NCBI RefSeq assembly: GCF_001194135.2
Contig: NC_068984.1
Coordinates: 38,263,510 to 38,327,509 of the forward strand
Length of the DNA stretch: 64,000 bases
Reading direction: 5' to 3'
DNA from: Octopus bimaculoides
Lineage: Eukaryota
In this document: positions 24,172-36,925 of the stretch, one piece after another
Position numbering within the stretch: position 1 is the stretch's first letter
How the letters are laid out: each line of letters begins with the position of its first letter
The notes under the pieces: model-generated
What the model saw: only the letters and a program-made list of their open reading frames with translations
Told to the model about the DNA's origin: nothing
Databases searched by the model: none
Program-made: the position numbers and the translations under genes

Positions 24172-25399
24172 CAAACTTTTCCACAATCACCTGTACATAC
24201 ATAAACAAACACATACAAGCTTCTGATACATTTATGAAAGAAGCCTCCATGTCAATAATAGAGGATTAGCTATTTAAAACAACAAAAAGTTAATTAAATC
24301 AAAATTAATAGAACTAGCGAAGTTCAAATGTATTTTAGCATGAACTATCTATAGTTAAATAGTGGTAACACATTACCCAAATAATACATTCAAAATTTAA
24401 AGGAAATTCTTCATTAAATGTAGCTTTTGAAGAGTTCCTCAATTTGTTTCTTTCATTGTTTTATGTTCGTCTTTCTAATTACAATAGCAACAATAGCAGT
24501 GGCCAACATGGTTGTATTGATGTCAACAACAAACTTGAGAACAATAATAATTATGACATAGGCAACAAAAATTAATTGACTTTAAATAAAGAAAATTAAC
24601 CTGTTTTTTTTTATCAAGAAACATTGTTCTTTTTGTGTGTTAGGATTTCATTTGTTTTTGTTTTTTCTACTAGTAGGTAAAACAAAAACTGTCTAAAATT
24701 CATTTCTTACTTAGGCACAAGACTAATTGTTCAAGGGGGAGGAGAGTAAAGTTAATTACATCAATCTCAGTATTTTAGTAATATTAATTGTAACAACACC
24801 AAAGCAATGATAGTTAAGGTCAGGTCTGGTAGGCTTTTAAATCATTTAGTCTGATGCTCTGCTGTCTCAGTTGTCTAAATTACTCTTAATTATAATATTA
24901 AATGTATTGGCTGATTGATAGTAACTAATAATTTGACTTGAACAGGAAGTAATTTCTCAAGCAATATGTCCTGTTTGAGATATATTGTTTTGTCCAAGTG
25001 TTTCAGTTAGATGTTGGGTCAATGTATTTTGTTTTAAACATTTATAGAATTTTTTTTTTACATCTATTAGTTACTGGGGCAAGCATTTTACTGTTCATTA
25101 TTGCCTGAAGAACGTTTTGTTGGTTTGCTCTTCTGGTCTCAAATCCTCCCTTTGGACCTAGAGGAACCAACAGAAGTCACATTTGAATAAGGGACTGTTA
25201 GTCAAAAGATTGACAGTTTGTATCTGTCACTAGTATTACACTATGAATAAATACCATGCAAAACTGCAGTTTATTATTATATATTCCTAGTAATTTTTGG
25301 AAAGACATGAACATTGTCTTATCCTATTTATCAGCCACTTTTTATGGGTTTGATCTGCAGGAAAGTGTTGTGTTTATGGCCTCAACAGGCTTTTTGAAA

Positions 25400-25665
25400 C
25401 TGGTGAGATTGGTGTGACTGCTGACAAAATATCAGCTGAAAGAGAATTCCAATGGTTGATATTTCTGAGAAAGAAGGACTTGGCTAAGTGGTTAGTGAAG
25501 GGTCTGAGGGATATACATAATATGGAGCTTGAGAAGAGGAAAAAAGAATGAGCTGAGTCAATCTAGGTGAAAGTAGAATGAGACCAGCCAGCTCCAAACA
25601 GCAAAGGCTGTTGTAGTAGCTGTAGAAGAGGCAGAATGGGGATACAGCTCATTTGAGGCGTTTAA
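25400..25665 (-). mobile_element. L2/Crack-like LINE ORF2 C-terminal remnant
   Basis: Minus frames AVSPFCLFYSYYNSLCCLELAGLI and RPFTNHLAKSFFLRNINHWNSL resemble the recalled C-terminus of L2/Crack-group ORF2 (LCLFYRYY...ELA...SFIPRT..LWNSLP). Confidence 0.6.
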
Positions 25666-26149
25666 TAATAGACCGTCGTAAGTGCCACAACTTAAAAACC
25701 GAGAAAAATGCAGTCAAAGTCTCGCGACTTTCAGACTTTTCCTCTCAGCAAGGAATGAAGTTAGGAAGCTGATTTTGGTCCTAAAATGACCATGAAGACC
25801 TCCTCTAATCATTCCACCTATGTAAAATTATTTATCTATGTATGCATTTGAAAGATGAAACAATGACTGCATCTTTCTCATTTTGTAGAATATACCGGTA
25901 CTATGAAATGGTGTATTGCATTGCATATTTTAACCATAATACTTAGAAAAAACATACAGAGACCCCCCCCCCCACAAAGGTATAGTTTGTGTTTTAATAT
26001 ACCAAGGTAAGTATCTTTAAGAAGTCAGTAAGACAAGATAGTAAGCTAATAGCCCATTACTGTTACAATGGTAACATCGAATATTAGAAAAGGAACCATA
26101 ACGTCTTGAAAAATGATACAGGGACCACATCAAAGTTATTGAGCATGTG

Positions 26150-27410
26150 TGCTTATGATGGTGTGTTACTAAACTCTCTGGTCTGAGTTTGGGTGAGTGA
26201 GTGCTGTGTCACTAGTATCGAGGTACAGATTTTTGACCTTATTGCAAGCCTCACCAGTTCTTCCTCCCAACTTTTTCGGATTCTAGACACTGAGACAAAG
26301 AAAATGATACACAAACCTCGAAAATGGCCAGGGTGGTGCTTACAACACTCTGTTACTAAATGCCTCATTTGTGGGCTTGAAGTTACAGAATTTGACTTGT
26401 GCTGCTGAATTGAGTGGTCTTTTTGCATGTGATCAAAGATGTCTGTAGATGTAGTTGTAGTATTGTCCTAAGTTTGGGAGTAGTATTTTGTCGTGGATCT
26501 CATTCCAGCTTTGTATAAGGTTGGAAGCTAAAAAGAAGGCCAGTCTTAGTGATATGGCCTTTGCAGTGTTGAACATTTATGAGAATTAGGAATTTTTGTT
26601 ATGCATTCAATAAGGTTGGGCTGTTTCTTTATTATTGCAGTTTTGCTTTGGAATACAGGTGCTTCCTTCAGATCATCTGCATCTTCCAGTCATTAGAACT
26701 ATTTAGAAGTCTGGGTTTGGGTTTACTCTTGCCTATACTCACATATTGCTTGTTCTCACTTTCCCTATGGAAAACAGCTTTATGCAGTTTGGTTTTGATT
26801 CTCATTGCATTAATGCTGCTGCATTGCTAGGAATGGAGTCACCTTTGTACACTGAACTTAAGAGGAAGTATAGCTTGACTGGCTTCATTCTCCACAACAT
26901 ACTCCGATAACTTTCTTTGTTATTTTTCATTCGGACTATGTTTATTTGTTTTCTAATCCTACTGTTTTTTACTTTTATTCTTCATCTTCAATCTGATGAA
27001 TTTCTGTGATCATGATCTCTTACCCTGTTATTCTAGTGAGATTTCCAATCCAAGTCCAGCTTGTGTTATTTGAAGCTCTTGTCACTATTTTCATTTTGAG
27101 CTCTTCCACCTTTCCCTCAGTGTGCTTCCTTTTAGCATGTTAGTGTGGGTTATCCAACAGTTGGGTCTACAGGATCTTGCAACATTCTTTAATGGTGAAC
27201 TTTTACTATTCGAAATTAATTCTGCCACTGAAGCTTTGCAGTAACACTATATGTGAAACATGGCAAGTGACCAAGCCAATTTCTTTGAAATTGTCTGACA
27301 GACTTTTCTCTCAACTGTTGTCAGTAGTATCTCATTCATTTGGTGTGGTTATAAGAATTTTGGCAAAAGGCCATGTTCATAATAGCATACCCTAAACTTC
27401 CATGCCAAAC
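26150..27410 (-). mobile_element. Highly decayed HERO-like (restriction-like endonuclease type) non-LTR retrotransposon
   Basis: Collinear minus-strand fragments YEHGLLPKFL*P, QAGLG, LWRMKPVKLYFLLSSVYKGDSIPSN and LLNSSNDWK...DLKEAPVF parallel recalled HERO ORF motifs (CYQHGILPRLLWP, GRAGLG, WRMEP.RISFLIRSVYDVLPSP.N, DWQL.VDL). The left boundary is uncertain. Confidence 0.6.
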
Positions 27411-27658
27411 TACAGTTATCATGGTCAGCCCCTGTCTTCTAACCTGACCATCATTTCAACACTTATCTTGGCATCATTTAAGGGGACTGCATAGAGACAA
27501 TCAAGACTCCTATATACATGCACATATGTGTGTGCATGTAATATGTTTAAAAGCAGTTTACATTGGATGTGAGAGATTTTTCATTTTTATTTATATTTTC
27601 TTCATCATAATCCTCTAACAACCAAACTTGATAAAATTTTTATGTTAAAGCCTTGCTA

Positions 27659-27885
27659 TTAACCCTTTTGATACCAATCCACCTGTAACTGCCTCTAGCT
27701 CTGTAGTACAAATGTCTTGTTTTCAAAAGTGCTGAATTAAAATCTTCCACCAAACCTTAGTCCATATTATGTTGCTAACCCTAGCTTAATGATAACTAAG
27801 TTATTTATTAAATTGTTTATATTTAAAATTAATTGAAAAAAAAACACAGAGCATCTCAACTGAAATATGTTAACAAAAGGGTTAA
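27659..27885. mobile_element. TTAA-flanked piggyBac-like MITE (second family)
   Basis: ttaa-cccttttgata ... taacaaaaggg-ttaa; CCC...GGG ends inside TTAA; no coding capacity. Confidence 0.8.
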
Positions 27886-28959
27886 ATATAACTGGATTCA
27901 ACTCCACCACTGTGAGACAGAGAGAGAAGGTGGAAGGAGGGTAGGTGAGAGATAATGATTGTCAACCTGAAAATCACATTTTCAAATCTTTTGTCTTCAT
28001 TTTCATCATCCTTGATGAAACCAAGGTCATATATCCTTCCATACAGCTAGAAATTTATTCTTTACAACGAGGCTAAATACTTTTTTGTCTACTAAATTCA
28101 TTGTAAAAATGTGTTTCTTCATTTCCACCCCTTCTCGTTCCTACATTTCAGTTCTGCTACTAAGCTTTGCTTTCAGTTTGCTTCAATTTTTAGAACAGTG
28201 CTTTCCATTCATTTGCCACCAACTTTTGTTCGCCCAGATCCTTCCTATTCATTCACTCTTCATTCATTGATTTTTCATCTATTGTCTATACGATTTCATC
28301 TTGTTTGTCTTGCTCTCATATTTATTGTCCTTTTCTTATCTTATTTTCCTTGGTTTACCCTGGTACCTCCCTCACATACACGTTATTCTATTTCATGTTT
28401 GCACACCTATCCTATTTTTTCCTATACAATAATTGCTTTGTTCAGTTTAACTATTAAAGTCATATAATTTAGTGTATAACATTATACAAACCTATCCACC
28501 ATAACTTAATAGTATTTTTTTACTTTGTGACACAAACATTTTCTTGTTGTAATTGATTCTACCATGCACCCATCTATACTGGGTCAGACAGACGCATGTT
28601 TTGTAATTGTCCAAATAGCCTATTTTCTACTTGTTACCTAAATTTTCATCATTTAGAACTTTGAGTCTCTTAGTATAAGAGTATTTTCTACTTAAAACAT
28701 TAGATTTAACAAGAACAGATTAAACTAGTAATTAGCTTTCTGTTCAATACAACTTAGAACAGTTTTTAGTGATTTTTCTGGTGCAGCTCTCCAGTTTACC
28801 AATTCCAGTCAAACTGTCTTACCCATACCAGCATGGAAAATAGATGCTAAATAATGATGGTGATCACACACGTGTTTGTGTATATTATGTATATATTTAT
28901 ACAGGTGTGTGTGCATGTTTGGGAAACACCCAATGGAAATACAGTGTTTTTTTTTGTGT

Positions 28960-29222
28960 CTGGATGCAGGTGGCACGTAAAACACACCATTTCGAGCGTG
29001 TCCATTGCCAGTTCCGCCTGACTGGCCCTCGTGCCGGTGGCATGTAAAACACCCACTACACTCTCGGAGTGGTTGGCGTTAGGAAAGGCATCCAGCTGTA
29101 GAAACTCTGCCCAATCAGATTGGAGCCTGGTGTCGCCTCCTGGTCCACCAGTCCTCAGTCAAATCGTCCAACCCATGCTAGCATGGAAAGCGGACGTTAA
29201 ACGATGATGATGATGTTGATGA
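28960..29222 (+). mobile_element. RTE-clade LINE 3' tail (young copy)
   Basis: Near-identical to 1110-1353 over the terminal ~150 bp; ends ggacgttaaac(gat)n. Confidence 0.75.
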
Positions 29223-30006
29223 TATATATATATATATGTCTGTGTGTGTGTGGTTAGAAAATGCGCCACAACAAATTCTGTCCAAGCCATTAAGGTATGG
29301 GAGAGTGAATGTTAAAATGATGATGATGATTCTCCTGTCTTTTTTTTTTCTTTTCATAAAAGATTATTTTCTTTTTAACTTTTTCTTCTATTTAAAAAGT
29401 TGTGTGCTTTGTTTTTCAACTGTCACAAGTATTTACATATTTCACTGAACCATTTTTGTTTTTTTTTTATAATTTCCTTATATAACAATTCAATGTATTC
29501 TGTTAAACTCTGACATTTCACTGATACTGTTTTTTGTTAATCTCTTTCTTTTTCTCCTTCCCATATTTCTCCTCCACCTTAAACATATTCAAATTTTAAA
29601 GATACTATTTTGTTTCAATGTCAAGTTGTTAGTGTCATATGGAATGCCTTGAAGTAGTCATTCCAGCCTTCTGAATACTAATTCTGCTGAAATGAAATTT
29701 GCCTTTCATTCTTTGGGAGTTGATGAATAAATTATCAGTCTGATAATGGGGCACATTCTTCTCTCTCTCTCTCTGTATATATGTGTGTGTGTGTATGTAT
29801 GTATGTATGTATGTATGTATATGTATGGGTGTGTATGTACGTATATGTGTATATATATATNNNNNNNNNNNNNNNNNNNNNNNNNNNNNNNNNNNNNNNN
29901 NNNNNNNNNNNNNNNNNNNNNNNNNNNNNNNNNNNNNNNNNNNNNNNNNNNNNNNNNNNNNNNNNNNNNNNNNNNNNNNNNNNNNNNNNNNNNNNNNNNN
30001 NNNNNN

Positions 30007-30800
30007 ATATATATGCATATAAAAATGTAGAAGACATTGACATGAAGCTACAACACTTTATGGCAATCATGCATGACATCTGCAGTAAGTTTGCTCCAGA
30101 GAGAATGCCAAGACAGCAGAAAAATATAATACCCAGGGATAGGCGGATTCTAATGAGATGAACTAGAATCTCAAATCGTATAAAAGATAACAAACAATCC
30201 TACCTCAAACGAACAGTGCGCCAGATCAAAAATGAACACCAATGCTCCCCAAAAAAGGAGAGGGCAGAAATGGAGGCCAGGGCTGTCAACAATATTGAGA
30301 TAAACCTTAAAGCCTTCTATAGATATGCAAAAGAAACTGCTTCAGTACCATACAAAATAGAGCCACTACTTGAAGAAAATGGCTCACCGATTGCAGACCC
30401 CCAGAGGATCAGTGAAATACTGAATGTGCAATACAAGAGTGCTTTCACAACTCCACTGGTACACTTGCAAGTATCTATGCCTGATGAGTTCCTTGGCTCC
30501 ACAGATCTACACAACAAAATGGCAATTATTGACAGCATCAGCATAGAGGAAACTGATGTGATATCAGTCATTGATGAGATGAGCTCAAACTCAGCAACAG
30601 ACCCTGATGGATTCCTAGCAATCCTCTTAAAGAAATGTAAAGGGGCTCTAGCTAGGCCACTTCAGATTCTCTTTCAGAGCTTCTTCACAACAGGGAGATT
30701 TCCCAAAAAGCTAAAGAAGGCATATAATGCTTTATCCATAAGGGAGGTAGCAGAGCAGATGCTAAGAATTATAGACCTGTCCCTCTAACTTCTCAATGAT
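30007..30800 (+). mobile_element. CR1-like LINE ORF2 fragment (linker and start of RT)
   Basis: NLKAFYRYAK...ISEILNVQYKSAFTTP...SSNSATDPDGFLAILLKKCKGALARPLQILF, then frameshifted IHKGGSRADAKNYRPV. Contains stops and frameshifts. Confidence 0.8.
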
Positions 30801-30809
30801 TTATGGGTG

Positions 30810-31490
30810 CTTTTAACAGGCCAGTTAAATGACACTGGCATCAGCCACGACTATGATCTCACTTGGCTTGATGGGCCTTCTCAAGCACGGCATATCTCTG
30901 TGAGGCCCAACATTCAAAGATTGTGCTTTACCACCTCATCTCATGTCTTTTTGCGTCTACCTCTTCCACAGGTTCCCTCCACTGTTAGAGTGCAACACTT
31001 CTTCACACAGCTGCCCTCATCCATACCTATCAAATGAGCATACCAACGCAGTCGTCTCTCTTACACACTGACATTACACATGCAGCGTAGCATACTAGCT
31101 TCATTTCTTACAAGCCCACACGTCTTCAGCAGTCATAGCCTGTGTTTCACTACCGTGTAGCATGGCTGTTCGCACACATGCATCATACAGTCTGTGTTTC
31201 ACTCTGAGTGAGAGGACCTTTGTTATCAACTGAGTTAGGAGCTCTTTGAACTTTGCCCAGCTTATTTTTATTCTAGCAGCTATGCTCTCAGAGCATCCAC
31301 CCCTGGTACTTACTTAGTCACCTAGGTAATGGAAGCTATCTACTTCTAGTTTTCCCCACTGGCATGTGATGGAATATAATTTCTGTAGGTTTTTAGTGTT
31401 TATTGTACCTGTGCACACGCAAAAACCATCTTCCCTGTTAACTTTCCGCTGATATTGCTGCACCTCTTATATGTCCATCTCTTATATGGC
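30810..31490 (-). mobile_element. Degenerate RTE-clade LINE ORF2 C-terminus
   Basis: Minus frames include WTYKRCSNI, LYDACVRTAMLHGSET and RRLRWYAHL...CVKKCCTLTVEGTCGRGRRKKT. Same family as 17607-18625. Confidence 0.8.
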
Positions 31491-34400
31491 CATCTCATCT
31501 TTTACATTGATATATCTATGATAATCTGAACGACTGCAAGGAAAACCTGGACAGGAAGAGAGAAAATATCTATGAGTGAAAAATGAGTTGAGTGACCCTG
31601 ATTGTTGGTGACATGAGACAATCCAACTCTGGGTGGGGAGAGATCACTGTAGACTTCCCTGGTTTTTTTTACATTTACTTTTCTTATGTTGTTATGAGTT
31701 GGATGGGACTTCTTGAGGCAGTATTCTAGGGCTGAATACTTTTCCCAAGGTTTACACATACTTATTTTTCACTTAAGGTACTTTATTCTATATCTTTGCA
31801 TGTTGAACCACCAAGCTACTGGAGTTTTTGTTAATATGGGACTTAAACAACATTATCACTGCTGAAACTGTGTCAATGGGAAGATATAGAGTTATACAAA
31901 TGATAGGTTTTCATAGTATTTCATCGACCAGATTTCATTCACAAAACATTGGTCAACCAAGGCTAAATTAGAAGACACTGAAGGTGCTACATGGTGGCAT
32001 TGAATTTGAAACTACATAGTTGCAATGCAAATTTCTTAGCCATGTGGCCATGCCTATGCCTATAGTAATGGTAGAAAAAGCAGAATGAAGAAACATGTCT
32101 ATGGACCAGAGATTGGAGTGTATTGGGGAATGACTTCAAGTCAATCAATAAGGTAATATTTTTGGTGAGGATGCAGTTTAGAATGTTTTTGTTTTTGTCT
32201 TGCATATTACTTGGTGACCTCACCGGTGTTGGTGCCATGTTGGTTCACTCTGTAAAGTCATCCATCTGTAGAAACCATGTCAAAGTAGACAGAAGGGCTT
32301 GTCTCCTGTCAAACTGTCCAACTGTCCAACTTGTGCCAGCATGGAAAATGGATGTTAAATGATGATGATGTATGTGTGAGTGTGTTTGTATCTCCTTGTC
32401 TTGTCATTGCATGGTAGTTGTAAAATGATTGTCACTGTCATACAGGCAGTATTGTCCAATTCCAAAATATTGCAAGAACATGTCTAGCCATGAGAAATCT
32501 TACTTGGAAACAGGATGGGTGACAGGAAGGTTATCTGGGCACAGAAAAATCTACCTCAATAAACCCCATCCATGCAAGCATAGAAAAGTGGACATTAAGA
32601 TGATTATATATATATATATGTACTAATGAGTGCTCTTGTTTCACTGGATATATGGTTTGTATATGTTCAGTTTGTTGTGGTGTGGATTACACTGTTTCAA
32701 ATTATTTGAGGAAGTATAGGAAGGCCCACTTGAGATTGGCATATTTCACGAGAAATTTTATGTATTTTATATCTTATCTTTGGAAAAGAAAGTGCAGATG
32801 AGAAGATTCCAAAATAAGGACAGTGTGCTCTCACTACAACCAGAGTGCTGACCAAACTGAGCATATATTTCACTGATACTCAATAGTTTGTGTTTGTGGG
32901 CTTAAACTTATAGCTAGGAAAAGCTGTAGTGTATTTGGGAGTATAACTATGATTAATACAATCAATGTAGTTCAACAGAAACTTAACAAACCAGGAGGCA
33001 GTTGCTATTCAGTATCTATGGTGAACTATTTGAACAGACTAAGTTCACTGTGATAGCCAGTAAAGGAATATCAACATAATACTGCAATCTGTTCAACATA
33101 CCAGCCAAATATCCCTCAGCAAACCTTCTAATGCCATTAAAATAAGGTTCTGAATTAAATCCCAAATTCTCAAATGAAGTGATTTATCTTATAGATATGA
33201 CTGAAATTATGATTAATTTTCTTGAACAAGAATTTGTGTGTGTGTTTATGTTTTACATTGCATTTTGTGAGCAATATCATTAGTTGTGGGTTTTCAACAG
33301 GTTGGTCACTGGTATATTGCGTTTATGACAGCGACAGTGACAAGGAAGTGTCTATGGAATGCAAACAGAGCAAATACCAGGAAATATCTTTACTTGAAAG
33401 CACTTTGATATTGGTTTTCTTGCCAATGTTTATATTTCCCACTGAATACATATGATGAGTTTCCTCATGGATTCCATTTAGCAAGTTCCACTCAGAACAC
33501 ATTTGGTCAACCTAAGGTTATGGTAAAAGACATTTGCTCAAGGTACTGCATGCTGAGATTGAACTCTCAAGCTTGTGGCTATAATGATGATTTCTTACCT
33601 ACACAATCATATATGCACTGTAGTAAACATGTTTACTTATTCTTTAAAGCTTCTATTTAAAAGAAAGCAACTGCTTTCTTTTTAACAACAGAAGCCATTA
33701 AGTATGTATGTACATATGAAATTCTAGTTTGAGTGATTTATTTTTTTCTTTCTATGCACCTTCAAGTTAGCAGAGTAAGAATGTAAGCTATCTCTTAAAA
33801 TACCCAGTTTAGTGTATACAGATATTTTTGAAATCAAATCACTTTGAAGCTTACTAATTTAAACTATTATTAATAAGCACTTCTCTATGATCCCTTGCCT
33901 TGTCATTAATCTTTTGCTCTTTAATGTCAACTGTCAATTAATATAATTTACATTCCACATGCCACATAACTAACAAAATTAGACAAGAATACTATACTGT
34001 ATTTCACAGCATTTTCTTTTGACTCTGCTGCCCTACCTCAGACAGATATCTAGAGATATTCTGTTCTTATTACTTATTTATTATGGATTGTTATTTGTAT
34101 ATATGTTTAATTGTTGGTGTAGATCCCGAGTGCAGTTAGATAAGGTCCTGGTTTTTAACAATAAATCAATTATCAAAAGTGATTTGCTTCTGATAGTGTT
34201 GATTGCATTGGCCAAATGCAATTGCTCATAACTTGTCAGCAGTTGCTCTGTTTTTATCCATAATATTTAACTCTTCCTTGCCCTGTTTACCTACTTGGAA
34301 AATGATATTAAGAGTAGGCACTGTAAGCAATGGAAGCCTGGTATAATTAAAGAGTAGTTTGTTATTGTGCAGTGAATTCAAGTCCTACAATGGACCTGGG

Positions 34401-35176
34401 CCTTTATAAATCTGCTCACACAACCACTTTGTTTCAACCTGTTCTATCACATTTATAGCTGTCACTCACAAGGGAGTTGGTGGCAAGGGCCTTGCTTTTG
34501 CTAATTGTTTTACATACCTATGTAGTAGCAAACACGCATAAATTTTCTCTTGGTGCTTCCACCTTTAGATGCAGTGGAATGCTCATTTTCAGCTGATTAA
34601 ACTGGTTCAATGTGGAATGAAGCTCAATGACACATCACCCAATTCAGGAATTATATAACCTTGTAAATGTGAATCCACTTAACACTATTGTTAGTAAATC
34701 AAGGAAGAAATAAAGGATATTTCGATGTGAAGTACATGTAATTGGGCTATTTGTTGATATTTTCATGAAAATTCTATTAACGGAATTACCTAAAATGATG
34801 TCAATAGGTATATAATGGTGTCAACATATATAGATTTCATTTGATTAAACATCAGACATTTTTTTAGGAAATCATTTCTGGGAAACCATTTAAATTTGGC
34901 TGACTTTAACATCAGTATTACTGGCACTTGTTTTTTATTTTGACCCAAACAAAGCAGAACATGCACGCGTGCGCGCACACACACACATGCCATATGCAGC
35001 ACTTTAAGCAGCTACATAGTGAGTCTCTCATTCACTCTTATAACAGCTTGTGGTTTGTATATGGCAAGGGCCATGGATGGATTACTTGCACTATGAGCAG
35101 CTGGAATGCTTCACAAACTCTAATTTATAAAATCTTTTTGGCAGCAGTTCTTTAAAAGCGTTCTGGTGTTACTGAT

Positions 35177-35225
35177 GTTCCAAAGCATGAAATTTCAAAC
35201 TCATTGAAATTTCATGCTTTGGAAC
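35177..35225. repeat. Perfect 22-bp inverted repeat with a 5-nt loop
   Basis: gttccaaagcatgaaatttcaa-actca-ttgaaatttcatgctttggaac. Confidence 0.95.
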
Positions 35226-35449
35226 CTGCAGAATCATGATTAAATGTTTTTCAAAAAAACTGAAGGGGTTCATTGGCTTGACTCAAATTTTGTAGAAATT
35301 GAGCTGGTATTGTAACCAAATATGTACCACAATAAATTGTTTTTCTCTCTAGATGCCTGTTTTTTTATTTAGGAAAAGAAAAGAAAAGAAAAAGGAACAT
35401 TTATCTAAACTAACAGGTGCAGGGATGGCATAAGTGCAGGGATGGTATA

Positions 35450-35825
35450 GGTGCAGGCATAAATGTGTAGTAAGAAGTTTACTTCTCAGCCGGCACTTTG
35501 GTCAAGTATCTTCTACTATAGCTCTAGGTTGACCAAAGCCATGTGAGTGGATTTGGTTGATGGAAACTGAAAGAAGCCCATTGTATGTGTGTGTGTGTAC
35601 TCTGTCTTCACATCATGTGATGATTGTAAATGAGCATCACCATCATACAAGTCGTGTTGTTTTGTTTCTAATCTCCCATGAAAATAGGCCCAGCTACAGG
35701 GAAATATTACTTTACTTGGAAACAGATAAGGGTTGGGGATAGAAAGGGAATCTGACTAGAAAATCTGCCTTCACAAATTCTGGCTGATCCATGCAAGCAT
35801 GGAAAGTAGATGTTAAGTGATGATA
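35450..35825 (+). mobile_element. CORE-like SINE, type B
   Basis: Head and body as 16665-17083, with an internal deletion; tail ccatgcaagcatggaaagtagatgttaagtgatgat. Confidence 0.7.
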
Positions 35826-36886
35826 ATACGTCTGCCTTTGTTAGTAACACCTAGATCCTGACTTACTTCCATGCAACATAATTAAAATGGTTAGGTACAT
35901 CAAGTATTGTATTATCTTATAGACTGATATGTAAATAAAAGCATAGTTAAGTTTTGAACCTTAAATCCTAAAGTTATGTTCAGTTATGTGCCAAATGATA
36001 AATTATAGATGACTAATACCATTGTTATCAGCAAATAGTGAAAACAATTTTGGATGCATTTTGCCTTTATTTTTTATTTTGCATTTTTTAGAAATCTAAT
36101 CAGCAAATCATATCCTTTCCATAACTTACTGAAGTATTTAGTGAGTTTAATTATTAAGTAAATCTCATAAATTGTAAGAGAATACTTAAAAATTAAATTT
36201 GAATGGGATGCCATCTACGATATAAGTAGTTGTCATTGAAATCATATTCAATGATGAAAACTTGAAAAGGCCAGTGTATATTATTTAGCTATGTGGTAAA
36301 TTAGAAATATGAGTATATGATTTGATTTATATTATTTTCATTTGGAAGTATAAAAGCTAATTCTAAAGGTGTTTTACTCTATTTTTAGAATATTGATTAG
36401 TGAGGTGAGCATAACTTTTTAGTAAATATATGATCTGAAGTAATATATTTGTAGGGTATAGAGTAAAAGATAACTTACAAATTTGAATAAATTTGGGTCT
36501 TTTTGAAGACATTTTATTTTTTCATACAATATATTTACAATGTTTCTGCTACTACCATAGTCTCGCCTTTCCTAAATATAACTCCCACTTACTAGCCATC
36601 TCTTCTATTTCCTACTTTATTTTTCACCAGCTGTGCTATGACCCTCTTATTATAATTGAAGCTACAGATGTTAAGTCTAGACTAGTAATTTCCAAACATT
36701 TTCAGTCCACTGCTTCCATGGTTTTTCACCTACTCTCTTGATGGCCTCTACCCGTAGTGTCATGCAGAAGAATAGGTCATGCAACTCAGCAAAATAGAAT
36801 GACAGAACAAGTTTTAGAGGGGTAACAATAAAACCTACAACTCTTTAAAGTAATCCCATCTTCTATGTAGGAGCAACAAACATAAA

Positions 36887-36925
<39 letters not shown>

